Origin: Phycisphaerales bacterium
Lineage (GTDB): Bacteria; Planctomycetota; Phycisphaerae; UBA1845
Assembly (NCBI GenBank): GCA_020852275.1
Contig: JADZBE010000013.1
Span: 200,650 to 264,649 of the forward strand
DNA length: 64,000 nt
Reading direction: 5' to 3'
The notes below the pieces were generated by a model that was given only the letters and a program-made list of their open reading frames with translations, was not told the origin of the DNA and made no database searches. Shown in pieces: positions 7,982 to 16,578 of this stretch. The translations under genes were made by a program, and so were the position numbers. Position 1 is the stretch's first letter, and each line of letters opens with the position of its first letter.

Positions 7982-10615
7982 TCAGAACGGCCCGTCGTCT
8001 CCGTCGGTTGCCGGGGTCGCTTCCAACCCATCCTCCTCATCCGCCGCATACCCCTGCCCCATGTCCGCCACCGTTGCCGCGCGGATCTGCTCCCACTCGT
8101 CGAGCGTGATCATCACCTCGCGCGCCTGCGAGCCTTTGTACGTGCCGACGATGCCCGCTTCACCCATGAGGTCGATCAGCCGCGAAGCGCGCGAGTAACC
8201 GACGTTCAGCCGTCGCTGCAGCAGGCTCACGCTGCCGCGCTTGGTTTCCAGCACGATCCGCACGGCCTCGTCGAAGAGCGGGTCCTTGTCCATCGCCCCG
8301 GCGTCCGGGCCTTTGTTCATGCGGATCAGCTCGGGATGAAACTGAGGCTGGCCCTTCTGCGCGAGGTCGTCGAGGACGGTGTGGATCTCCGCGTCCTCGA
8401 GGAACGTGCCCTGCGCGCGAAGCAGCTTGTGCGAACCGGGCGGCAGGTAAAGCATGTCGCCCTGGCCCATCAGCACCTCGCCGCCGTTCTGGTCCAGCAC
8501 GATGCGCGAGTCCATGCGCGACGCTACGCGGAAGCAGATGCGGCACGGCAGGTTTGACTTGATCAGCCCCGTGACCACCTTCGCCTCCGGGCGCTGCGTG
8601 GCCACGACGATGTGGATGCCCACCGCGCGGGACTTCTGTGCGAGGCGCGACAGGTGATGCTCGACCTCCTTGGCGCTGGTCATCATCAGGTCGGCCAGCT
8701 CGTCGATCATGATGACGATGTACGGCAGGTGCGTGGGGATCTGCCTTCGCTCCTCGTCGTTGGAGGGCTGGAAGCGCTGGTAGATGTCCTCCGCCGAGAG
8801 CGCGTTGTACGCGGAGATGTTCCGCACGCCGGCCTCGGCGAGGAACTCATAGCGTTCATCCATCTTGGTGACGGCCCATTCAAGGATCTTCTCCGCTCGC
8901 TCCATGTCGGTAACGATGGGGCACATCAGGTGGGGCACTTCCTTGAACTGGCTCATTTCGACCATCTTCGGGTCCACGAGGATAAGCTTGACTTCGTCCG
9001 GCGGCTTGGTCATCAGCAGCGAGACGATGATCGAGTTCATGCACACGCTCTTGCCCGAGCCGGTGGTTCCCGCGATGAGCATGTGCGGGGCCTTCGTAAG
9101 GTCGGTGACGAGTGCCGCGCCGCTGGCATCCTTGCCGATGAACAGCGGCAGACCCATCTTGTGCGACTTCTCGCCGGACAGGAGCATCAATTCCTTGAGG
9201 CGGACTTTCTCCTTCTCGACGTTGGGCACCTCCACACCGACGGTGTTCTTGCCGGGGATCGGCGCGACGACGCGGATGGCCGGCGCCTTCAGCGCCCGGG
9301 CAATGTCGTTCGAGAGCGAGGCGATCTGCGACACCTTGATGCCCGGCGCGAGGCGCAGCTCGAACATCGTAATGACCGGGCCGGTGTCGATCTCGACGAC
9401 GTGCGCGTCGAGCCGGAACTCCTCCAGCGTGCGCTCCAGGATCTTCGCCTTCTCGCGCACGACGGATTCCTGCAGCGAGGTGTAATTGTACTCCGCCTCG
9501 TGCAGCAGCGTGATCGACGGCAGCGTCCAGTCCGCCAGGCGCGTCGGGTACGGCTCTGCGGGGAAAAGCTGCGGCTCGGGGCGGGAGAAGTGAATGACCA
9601 CCGGCGGCTTGGATTCCGCCGGGATTTCGGGCTTGGGCTTCGCGGCCGGCGGTGGAGAAGGGTGCGCTCGAGCATCGCAGACGGGCGCCGATCCGGCTGA
9701 AGTTGAAGACGGTGGTCCGGCAGGCGATGCACCCGCGGCGGATCGCGCATCGGGGGTCGAGACCGGCTCGCCCGCCTCTGGTTCCTTGCGCGCGGCTGCC
9801 GCACTCTTGGCGCGGATTCGATCCGCGCCATCCGGCGTTTCACCGTCCGACTTGGATGCGCGCTCGTCGCCCTCGGCACTCGCGGACGTGTCCGTCTCAG
9901 CGCCTTTCGAGGATGCGGTTTTCGCTGGGACGGGGATGGGAATGCGCAGCAGCGCCGGCGCGTCCTCCCCACCGACCTGCACGCGGCGCGCAACGCCCGG
10001 CGCGGCCGCCATGCGCGGCGTCACGGTGTTCACCGCGGTCCGCGCCGCCTGGATCGCGCCGGCCGTGGCCGCGCCCGCCTGCTTGATCAGCGCCGGCGCT
10101 TTCAGCACCCACCCTTCCGTGGCGAACACCAGCCCGACGCAGAAGCTCGACATCAGGATGATGAACGTGCCCAGCCGCGACAGATGCTGAATGAGGAATT
10201 CGCCGAGCGCAAAGCCGACGACGCCGCCGTGTCCGACGGGCAGCGGCGCGGCCTGCGGCGAGGCGATGATGTGGACGGAGGCGGCGGTGGAAAGCATGAC
10301 CAGCGTCAGCCCGAAAAGGCGCTCGCCCCACGAGCCGACGCGCCCGCGCGTCAGCCGCGTGATCGACGTGAAGGTCAGGAAGAGCGCCAGGGGATACGCG
10401 CCGTCGCCGAGATAGTGGAACGCTTCGTACGCCAGCCACGCGCCGACGCGCCCGCAGGCGTTCGCCGCCGGAGCGTGGTGCGGATACTGATGCGGACTGG
10501 GCCAGTCACCCACGTCAAACGTCAGCAGCGCCGGCCAGAGCAGAACACAAAACACCAGCGCCGCGAACGCGGGCATCAAGCGCCGCGGACGATCCGAAGC
10601 ATGAGGATCGGACAT
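7982..10615 (-). CDS. ftsK: DNA translocase FtsK/SpoIIIE
   Basis: N-terminal TM segments, Pro/Ala-rich linker, motor domain with Walker A GTTGSGKS and IVIMIDELADLMM, C-terminal gamma wHTH (SVSLLQRRLNVGYSRASRLIDLME). Confidence 0.97.
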   Translation of the reverse strand: MSDPHASDRPRRLMPAFAALVFCVLLWPALLTFDVGDWPSPHQYPHHAPAANACGRVGAWLAYEAFHYLGDGAYPLALFLTFTSITRLTRGRVGSWGERLFGLTLVMLSTAASVHIIASPQAAPLPVGHGGVVGFALGEFLIQHLSRLGTFIILMSSFCVGLVFATEGWVLKAPALIKQAGAATAGAIQAARTAVNTVTPRMAAAPGVARRVQVGGEDAPALLRIPIPVPAKTASSKGAETDTSASAEGDERASKSDGETPDGADRIRAKSAAAARKEPEAGEPVSTPDARSAAGASPAGPPSSTSAGSAPVCDARAHPSPPPAAKPKPEIPAESKPPVVIHFSRPEPQLFPAEPYPTRLADWTLPSITLLHEAEYNYTSLQESVVREKAKILERTLEEFRLDAHVVEIDTGPVITMFELRLAPGIKVSQIASLSNDIARALKAPAIRVVAPIPGKNTVGVEVPNVEKEKVRLKELMLLSGEKSHKMGLPLFIGKDASGAALVTDLTKAPHMLIAGTTGSGKSVCMNSIIVSLLMTKPPDEVKLILVDPKMVEMSQFKEVPHLMCPIVTDMERAEKILEWAVTKMDERYEFLAEAGVRNISAYNALSAEDIYQRFQPSNDEERRQIPTHLPYIVIMIDELADLMMTSAKEVEHHLSRLAQKSRAVGIHIVVATQRPEAKVVTGLIKSNLPCRICFRVASRMDSRIVLDQNGGEVLMGQGDMLYLPPGSHKLLRAQGTFLEDAEIHTVLDDLAQKGQPQFHPELIRMNKGPDAGAMDKDPLFDEAVRIVLETKRGSVSLLQRRLNVGYSRASRLIDLMGEAGIVGTYKGSQAREVMITLDEWEQIRAATVADMGQGYAADEEDGLEATPATDGDDGPF

Positions 10616-10901
10616 GGGTTCGGATTCCTTTCCGAAGTTCGCGCGGGCGGGTGGTCACCGGTTCCGAGCCGCGCCTCAATGGTCGATGGCGCGCCTTGGC
10701 GAAGGCGATCCCTTCAAGCGCCGACCGTTCCGCTCCCGCGCCGACGGAACACTATACCGCCGCGAAGGGTGATCGCCAGTGGCGGCGCGGGACGGGCTGC
10801 GCGGACCGTCTGCCCGAGGAGTCTGGCGGTTGCGAATCCCCCATGGAGCCCAGCCCGTCGACGAGGAAGCAGGACGCTCGCCAAATTCCCCCTCGAGCCA
10901 A

Positions 10902-10988
10902 CGGAGAGGGGGGGATTCGAACCCCCGGTACAGTTGCCCGCACACTGGTTTTCGAAACCAGCCCTTTCAGCCACTCAGGCACCTCTCC
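10902..10988 (-). tRNA. tRNA-Ser (anticodon CGA)
   Basis: Reverse complement GGAGAGGTGCCTGAGTGGCTGAAAGGGCTGGTTTCGAAAACCAG...GGGGGTTCGAATCCCCCCCTCTCCG. 7-bp acceptor stem, anticodon loop TTCGAAA, long variable arm, TPsiC GGTTCGAATCC. No encoded CCA. Confidence 0.93.
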
Positions 10989-11096
10989 AAGCTTTCCACG
11001 CACCGCATCGCCCGGTCTGAAACCGCGACGGCCTCGGCGCCGAGGACAAAACCAGGCAGGTCTGGAGCTTGTGTCTCCAGCCTGCCTGCCGCGAAG

Positions 11097-11169
11097 CACC
11101 CCCTAGGGGAGTCGAACCCCTGTCTTCAGGATGAGAACCTGATATCCTGGGCCACTAGACGAAGGGGGC
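11097..11169 (-). tRNA. tRNA-Glu (anticodon CTC)
   Basis: Reverse complement GCCCCCTTCGTCTAGTGGCCCAGGATATCAGGTTCTCATCCTGAAGACAGGGGTTCGACTCCCCTAGGGGGTG. Close to canonical bacterial tRNA-Glu architecture; anticodon loop TTCTCAT. Confidence 0.9.
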
Positions 11170-11246
11170 CAATCCGATCGCTGTCCGTGCGGATTGGCAC
11201 ACCGGACGCGGCAAAGTTTAGGCCAGTTCATCCTCAGGTCAAGCTG

Positions 11247-12362
11247 TCAGGGCGCGATCGCGGCCTCCAGCCACCTCACGACCGCCAGCTTGACGGCGCT
11301 GTCGTACAACATGCCTCCGTCCGTGTGGTCGCCGCCGGTGCGGATGAGTTGCTTCGGTTCCGCAGCGGACGCGAACAGTTGTTCACCCATCGAGATGGGG
11401 ATCAGCGTGTCCGCGCGGCCGTGGAGGAAGAGCTTCGGGCAGGAGAGTTCGCCCACCTTGGAGACGGAGTCGTACCGATGGCGCGCGAGCCATCGGACGG
11501 GAAGCAGGGGATAGTGCGCCTGCCCCACGTCCGGCAGGCTGGTGAACGTGGACTCCACGATCAGCGCGGCGGGCGGGTGCCTTCTGGCCAGCTCGATCGC
11601 CACGGCGCCGCCGAGGGAGCGCCCGTGATAGATGAGCCGGCGCGCCTTGGCATCCCGCTCCGAACTGCTACGTTCCGAGCCGTCCAGTTCCGAGCCGTCC
11701 AGTTCCGAACCGTCCAGTTCCGAACCGTTTCGTTCCGAGCCGTCTCGTTCCGAATTATCCCGCTGCGAGTTGTTCTGCCGGAAGCCCTCCCGTTGGGAGC
11801 GATCTCGCTGCGACACGGCATAGCGCCACGCGGCTTCCGCATCCTCATACACGCCGGTCTCGGTGGGCACGCCTTCGCTGTCGCCGAATCCGCGGTAGTC
11901 GACGGCCACCACGGCGTACTCGAGGCGATGCCACTCCTGAACATCGAGCAGGACGTCGCCGAGATTGCCGGCATTGCCGTGGAAGAAAAGCACCGTCCCT
12001 TTCGAGGATTCGCAGGGCACATGCCAACCCGCGATGCTGACACCGTCGCTCGCGGTCACCTGCAGAGCTTCAAACTCCATGCCCACGTCCTTCGGGGTGA
12101 ATTCGACGTGCCGGCTCGGGAAATAGATCAGGTGTGATTGGAGAAAGTAGATCGCCACGCTGACCGCGAGGTACGTGCACGCCACGATGACCAGCAGTCG
12201 AAGCGCTTTGCGCCGCCACGTCGCGCGCGCGGAAGTCAGCGCGGGCTTGGAGGTAGGTGCCGGCTCAGGCGTGGGCAGGGGCTTGGAGGTCGGCTCGCCC
12301 TCCGCCAACGAAGGCGCGGCTGTGAGTTCAGAATCCAAGGACGTGCCGCCGGGTTTCGTCAT
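11247..12362 (-). CDS. Alpha/beta hydrolase with N-terminal membrane anchor and an internal low-complexity repeat insertion
   Basis: LFFHGNAGN oxyanion region, nucleophile elbow GRSLGG, LHGRADTLIP, GGDH. A ~45-aa SERDG/SELDG insertion sits before the elbow. Confidence 0.88.
   Translation of the reverse strand: MTKPGGTSLDSELTAAPSLAEGEPTSKPLPTPEPAPTSKPALTSARATWRRKALRLLVIVACTYLAVSVAIYFLQSHLIYFPSRHVEFTPKDVGMEFEALQVTASDGVSIAGWHVPCESSKGTVLFFHGNAGNLGDVLLDVQEWHRLEYAVVAVDYRGFGDSEGVPTETGVYEDAEAAWRYAVSQRDRSQREGFRQNNSQRDNSERDGSERNGSELDGSELDGSELDGSERSSSERDAKARRLIYHGRSLGGAVAIELARRHPPAALIVESTFTSLPDVGQAHYPLLPVRWLARHRYDSVSKVGELSCPKLFLHGRADTLIPISMGEQLFASAAEPKQLIRTGGDHTDGGMLYDSAVKLAVVRWLEAAIAP
11657..11806. 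repeat. 15-bp tandem repeat (about 10 units, 5 near-perfect) in frame inside the hydrolase CDS
   Basis: GTTCCGA(G/A)CCGTCCA units at 11672-11746 with decaying copies on both sides. Encodes (S-E-L/R-D-G)n on the minus strand. Confidence 0.9.
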
Positions 12363-12523
12363 GCGGTCCTCGATCCATCCTAGGCGGGGTCGAGGCGGAA
12401 TTCACGCGGATGGGGGCGGAATCCCGCCGGATTCGGGACGCCTGCAGACTTCGTGGGCAGGGGGTTTTGCTTGGAGGAGTGCCAGGCGGATGCGCGGACT
12501 ACTTTCGCGCGCCGGGCGGGGAA

Positions 12524-12772
12524 CTACGGGCGGCGCTTGCGGCGGGGAGTCCGCGGTCCGTGGCCGCTGCCAAGCGTCTCGACGGCGGCCACATGGATGT
12601 AGGGGAAGTATGCCTGCCTGTCGGCGTTAGTGAAGGCGATGAAAACGCGCTTCTGCCCCAGCGCGACGCAGTTGGCGTCGCGCACGTCGAACGTGGTCCC
12701 GCTCGTCAGGTGAAAACGGAAAGCTTCAAACGGCTCGCGGTTCAGCAACTCACGAATCTCGTCAGCGATCAT
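12524..12772 (-). CDS. Hypothetical small protein (82 aa)
   Basis: ORF directly downstream of and co-directional with the EF-G paralog. High-GC third positions. No family recognised. Confidence 0.5.
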   Translation of the reverse strand: MIADEIRELLNREPFEAFRFHLTSGTTFDVRDANCVALGQKRVFIAFTNADRQAYFPYIHVAAVETLGSGHGPRTPRRKRRP

Positions 12773-12827
12773 GGCTGAATGATAGCCCGCGCATCGTCAA
12801 CCGTCCAACCCAGCGGAGGTCGGCGGC

Positions 12828-14852
12828 TCACTCCCGCGCGGCCTCGACTTCCTTCTTGTGCTGCTCGATGACCTGCTGCTGGACGTGGCCGGGGACCGGC
12901 TCGTAGTGGGATTCCTCGATGGTGAAGCTGCCCTGTCCGCCGGTGATGCTGGACAGGCGCGAGTTGTAGTCCATGACTTCGCCGAGCGGGATCTGCGCCT
13001 TGATCACGGCCAGTCCGCCGGGCAGCACATCCTGACCCACGGGACGCCCGCGGCGCGAAGCGATGTCGCCCTGGATGTCGCCCACCTTGTCCGTCGGAAC
13101 GGTCACTTCGAGATTGACGATTGGTTCGAGCAGGATGGGCCTGGCTTTGGCGAAGCCGTCCTTAAACGCCTGGCGCCCGGCAATCTGGAAGGCGATGTCC
13201 TTGCTGTCCACCGGATGGGTCTTTCCGTCGATCAGCTCAACTTTCACGTCCACGACGGGATAACCGGCGATGACGCCCTCGGCCATCTGCGCGCGAACGC
13301 CCTTGTCCACGCTGGGGCGGTACTGCTGGTCGATGGCGCCGCCGAAGATTTTGTCCACGAATTCGTAGCCTTCGCCGCGCTGAGCGGGCAGCACGTTGAT
13401 GATGATCTTGGCGTACTGACCCGAGCCGCCGGTCTGCTTCTTGTGCGTGTACTCGATGTTGTCGGCGCGGCCGGCGATGGTTTCGCGGTAGGGGATTCTG
13501 GGGGTCTTGGTGAGGACTTCGAGCTTGAAGTAGTGTTTAAGCTTGGTGAGGATCGCGCGGACGTGGGTGTCGTCGATCCCGCGGAGCACCATTTCGCCGG
13601 CGCCGGTGCGCTCCAGCCGCAGGCACGGATCCTCTTCGGTATAGCGGCGGATGGCCTGGGCGATCTTGTCTTCGTCGCCGCGCGATTTGGATTCCAAAGC
13701 GAGCGGGAACATGGGCGCGGGAATCGAAGGCAGATCGATCGAGCCGCCCTTGTTGGTGAAGACGGTGTCGCCCACGCGAAGATCGAGCTTGGCGAGGAAG
13801 AACAGGTCGCCGCTGACTCCGGCCTCCAGCTCCTTGTGCTCCGTGCCGAGCAGCCGCTGAATCTGTCCGGGCCGGAAGCCCTTGCGGTCATGCACGGTCT
13901 TGATGTTCATGTCGTGCGTGAGCCGCCCCTCCAGCGCGCGAACGCCGATGTACTTGATGCCGGTCTTCGGGTCGCTGGACACCTTGAATACCTGTCCGAC
14001 GAAGTCCGCGGCCGTCGGGTCGATCGGGGTATCCTTCCCCTCCTCGTGCAGAGAGCGACGCTTGGCAACCAGCGGGCTGGGGAAGAAGTTCACGATCGCG
14101 TCGAGCAGTTCGGCAATGCCCACCTCCGCGCGGGAATTGACAAAGAAGATCGGAACGAACGTCTGCGCCGCCACCGCCCGCGGCGCCACCGCAATGACCT
14201 CCTCCTTGCTGACCTCGCCGCCGAGGTACTTCTCCATCAGCGCGTCGTCCGCGCCGACGATGGCCTCGAGCACCGCCGTGTGCGCTTCGCCCACGTCGGA
14301 AAACGCCGCGGACCCCTTCTCGTTCGCCAGGCAGTCGATGACGCCCTTGCCGCCGTCCGTGGGCAGCGTGAGCGTGACGCAGGCCGAGCCGAAGACCTCG
14401 CGCAGGTTGTCCACGAGTTCCTCAAGATTGACGTTGGGCGCGTCGATCTTGGTCACGACAATGGCGAGGCCCACGCCGTACTTCTTCGCCCGCTCGAACA
14501 TCTTGCGCGTGTTCACCTCGATGCCCGAGGCGCCGGAGACGACGACCACGGCCGTGTCCGCCGCCGCCAGCGCGCCGATCGCCGGACCGCAGAAAGCGGT
14601 CGTGCCGGGCGTGTCCACGATGTTGACGTGATGCCCTTTGTGCGTGAGGTAGCAGACGGCGGAGTCGGTCGAGCCGCCCTTCTCCTTGGCCTCATCCGTC
14701 ACGTCGAGGATGGAAGTCTTGTCCGCCGTCGAGCCGAGCCGGTTGGTGACACCGGCCTTGTGGAGCATGGCCTCGGCGAGCGAGGTCTTGCCCGATCCTC
14801 CGTGTCCGACGAGCACGACATTGCGATACTTCCCGACCTCGTAAACCGCCAT
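12828..14852 (-). CDS. Elongation factor G-like GTPase (EF-G paralog)
   Basis: ORF 12828..14984; likely start ATG 14852 (MAVYEVGKYRNVVLVGHGGSGKTSL, G1 motif). DTPG, TKID, EF-G domains II-V recognisable. Lies outside the ribosomal operon, so probably a second-copy type. Confidence 0.9.
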   Translation of the reverse strand: MAVYEVGKYRNVVLVGHGGSGKTSLAEAMLHKAGVTNRLGSTADKTSILDVTDEAKEKGGSTDSAVCYLTHKGHHVNIVDTPGTTAFCGPAIGALAAADTAVVVVSGASGIEVNTRKMFERAKKYGVGLAIVVTKIDAPNVNLEELVDNLREVFGSACVTLTLPTDGGKGVIDCLANEKGSAAFSDVGEAHTAVLEAIVGADDALMEKYLGGEVSKEEVIAVAPRAVAAQTFVPIFFVNSRAEVGIAELLDAIVNFFPSPLVAKRRSLHEEGKDTPIDPTAADFVGQVFKVSSDPKTGIKYIGVRALEGRLTHDMNIKTVHDRKGFRPGQIQRLLGTEHKELEAGVSGDLFFLAKLDLRVGDTVFTNKGGSIDLPSIPAPMFPLALESKSRGDEDKIAQAIRRYTEEDPCLRLERTGAGEMVLRGIDDTHVRAILTKLKHYFKLEVLTKTPRIPYRETIAGRADNIEYTHKKQTGGSGQYAKIIINVLPAQRGEGYEFVDKIFGGAIDQQYRPSVDKGVRAQMAEGVIAGYPVVDVKVELIDGKTHPVDSKDIAFQIAGRQAFKDGFAKARPILLEPIVNLEVTVPTDKVGDIQGDIASRRGRPVGQDVLPGGLAVIKAQIPLGEVMDYNSRLSSITGGQGSFTIEESHYEPVPGHVQQQVIEQHKKEVEAARE

Positions 14853-15157
14853 GACCGCCTCCCAGGATTCTAAGCCGTTGCCACCGCTGCGCTTGCGGAA
14901 GCCGGCCGGCGAGCAAGTCCGCCGCCCCGCCCCCGCGAAGCGCTGAGAAACGTTATCATAAGGTAAAGTCTTCGGGCAAGCCAAGGGCGAATCGGGTTGA
15001 ACGCGCAGGGCGGTCGGCGAGACCCTGCTTCCGCTCTTCCGGAGGACGGCGCGGTCCAGCGTGCTCGCCCATTGAGGGTGCCCGGGCGCTCTACCCGCGT
15101 ACGCGCAGGAGGCGGGAATTCAGGTTCATCGTTCCTTCAAAGGCGGGAATCCGGAAT

Positions 15158-15258
15158 CGTCATTCCCGCGCAGGCGGGAATCCAGCCGGTGGTTTCCGAC
15201 GAGGCACGAACCCAGCGGTTGTGCGGTGCGAACCGGACCCTCGTCGGCGGTACGGGTT
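15158..15258. repeat. Copy of an interspersed MITE-like repeat (left hairpin end intact, right end degenerate)
   Basis: CGTCATTCCCGCGCAGGCGGGAATCCAGCCGGTGGTTTCCGACGAGGCACGAACCC aligns with 45908-45963 with few mismatches. Two extra GGCGGGAAT motifs lie just upstream (15110-15150). Confidence 0.8.
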
Positions 15259-15675
15259 CAGAATCCGAATCGCAAGCGCAGGCGACGTAACAGATGGGTC
15301 GTCGAAATCGAATCACCGACCTCCATGGGGATACCGGGATTGGCAACGGCGCCGGTCCTGCGATTGCCTTGCCAAGATTGTCCGGCGCACTCGCCCCTGG
15401 CTTCCGTAGGACCCGCGGTTGACCAATCGGGCGAGTTCGTGACACTACGGATTCGACGGGCGGCGCGGCGTTGCGGGCGACAGCGCGGACTCCACCGCGG
15501 CGAGCCGGCAGCGCTGCGGGGTTCGCTGCAAGAGGGCCTGCGGCGCCGAGTCCGCGCAGGAGCACGGACCGGCGGACGGTTCTCGCGGGAAACGAACCGG
15601 AGGTGTGCCGCGGTTCGGTGATGCCCCGCACTGGCGTGCGGGGTTCTGAGGATTCGACTTGCAACGAAAGCGATT

Positions 15676-16578
15676 ATGAGAATCGGCTTCAGCTCTCTGG
15701 TCTGTCCGAACTGGGATCTCAACACCATCGTGGCTCAGGCCGCGGCCCTGGGGTTTGAGGGCGTCGAGCTGCGCGGGCTTAACGGGGAGTATCATCTTCC
15801 CTCGGCGGCGGCCCTGGCGGGCAACGTGGACCATACGCGCAAGCTGTTCGAGGAGGCAAAGGTCGAGCTGGTGTGCCTGTCGCCTTCGGCGTCGCTGGAC
15901 GCCAAGAAGAAAGACAAGATTGCGGACGCTCGCAAAGGGGTGATCGAGCATCTGGAGCTGGCCTCGCGGCTGGGATGCCGGTTCGTGAAGATCTTCGCCG
16001 GCGAGGTGCAGCGCTGGGACAATCGCGAGGCGGCGCTGTCGCGCATCGCCCGCGAGCTGCACGCTCTCGCGCCGACGGTCGTGAAGCACGGGGTCACGCT
16101 GCTGGTGGAGAACAGCGGCGATCTGACGCGCAGCGACGACCTCTGGTATCTCATTGATGCGGTCAGCCACCCGTCCATTCAAGGCTGCTGGAACCAGGTG
16201 AACGCGATGACGCGGAAAGAAGCGGCGACGGTGTCCATTCCGCGGCTCGGCGTCAAGATCGGAATGCTGCACGTCGGCGACGCGGACTATGACGCGGACG
16301 GGCTGCTGCAGAGCTATAAGCTTCCGGGGCAGGGGCAAACGCAGGTCGCGAGGCAGATCGAGCTGCTCAAGGGGCTGATCCACAACGGATACCTGATCTT
16401 CGAGCAACCCAAGGCGTGGATCCCCAGCCTCCCTGAGCCGGAAGTCGCGCTGCCGGCCGCGGCGACGTTTCTGAAGGCGCAGCTTGCGGCCAAGCAGGCG
16501 GTGCTTTCCGCGTACAAGGGCGACAAGAACCCGGCGAAGTTCGCCGCGCAGCGTCCAGCGGCGACGCTGCGTTCGTGA
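15676..16578 (+). CDS. Sugar phosphate isomerase/epimerase (xylose isomerase-like TIM barrel)
   Basis: MRIGFSSLVCPNWDLNTIVAQAAALGFEGVELRG is a family-typical N-terminus; 300 aa. Confidence 0.85.
   Translation: MRIGFSSLVCPNWDLNTIVAQAAALGFEGVELRGLNGEYHLPSAAALAGNVDHTRKLFEEAKVELVCLSPSASLDAKKKDKIADARKGVIEHLELASRLGCRFVKIFAGEVQRWDNREAALSRIARELHALAPTVVKHGVTLLVENSGDLTRSDDLWYLIDAVSHPSIQGCWNQVNAMTRKEAATVSIPRLGVKIGMLHVGDADYDADGLLQSYKLPGQGQTQVARQIELLKGLIHNGYLIFEQPKAWIPSLPEPEVALPAAATFLKAQLAAKQAVLSAYKGDKNPAKFAAQRPAATLRS

Noticed and set aside
10620-11250. Integration hotspot or prophage boundary at the tRNA-Ser/tRNA-Glu pair
   Set aside because: I saw no integrase, no direct repeat of a tRNA 3' end, and no compositional island next to the tRNAs. 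Only a GC hairpin (11053-11088) lies between them.
10779-12137. 452-aa plus-strand ORF
   Set aside because: It runs through both tRNA genes and is antisense to the alpha/beta hydrolase. Not credible as coding.
12858-14873. 671-aa plus-strand ORF
   Set aside because: It is exactly antisense to the EF-G paralog, which has clear GTPase motifs. Its product is Arg/Gly/Ala/Asp-rich, typical of antisense frames in high-GC DNA.
14985-15675. Housekeeping ncRNA (RNase P, tmRNA, SRP, 6S) in the long spacer
   Set aside because: I scanned by eye for hallmark motifs (GAAAGTCC-type P4, a tRNA-like 3' end, the SRP GGAA/AGCA helix-8 motifs) and found none. This needs cmscan to be definitive.
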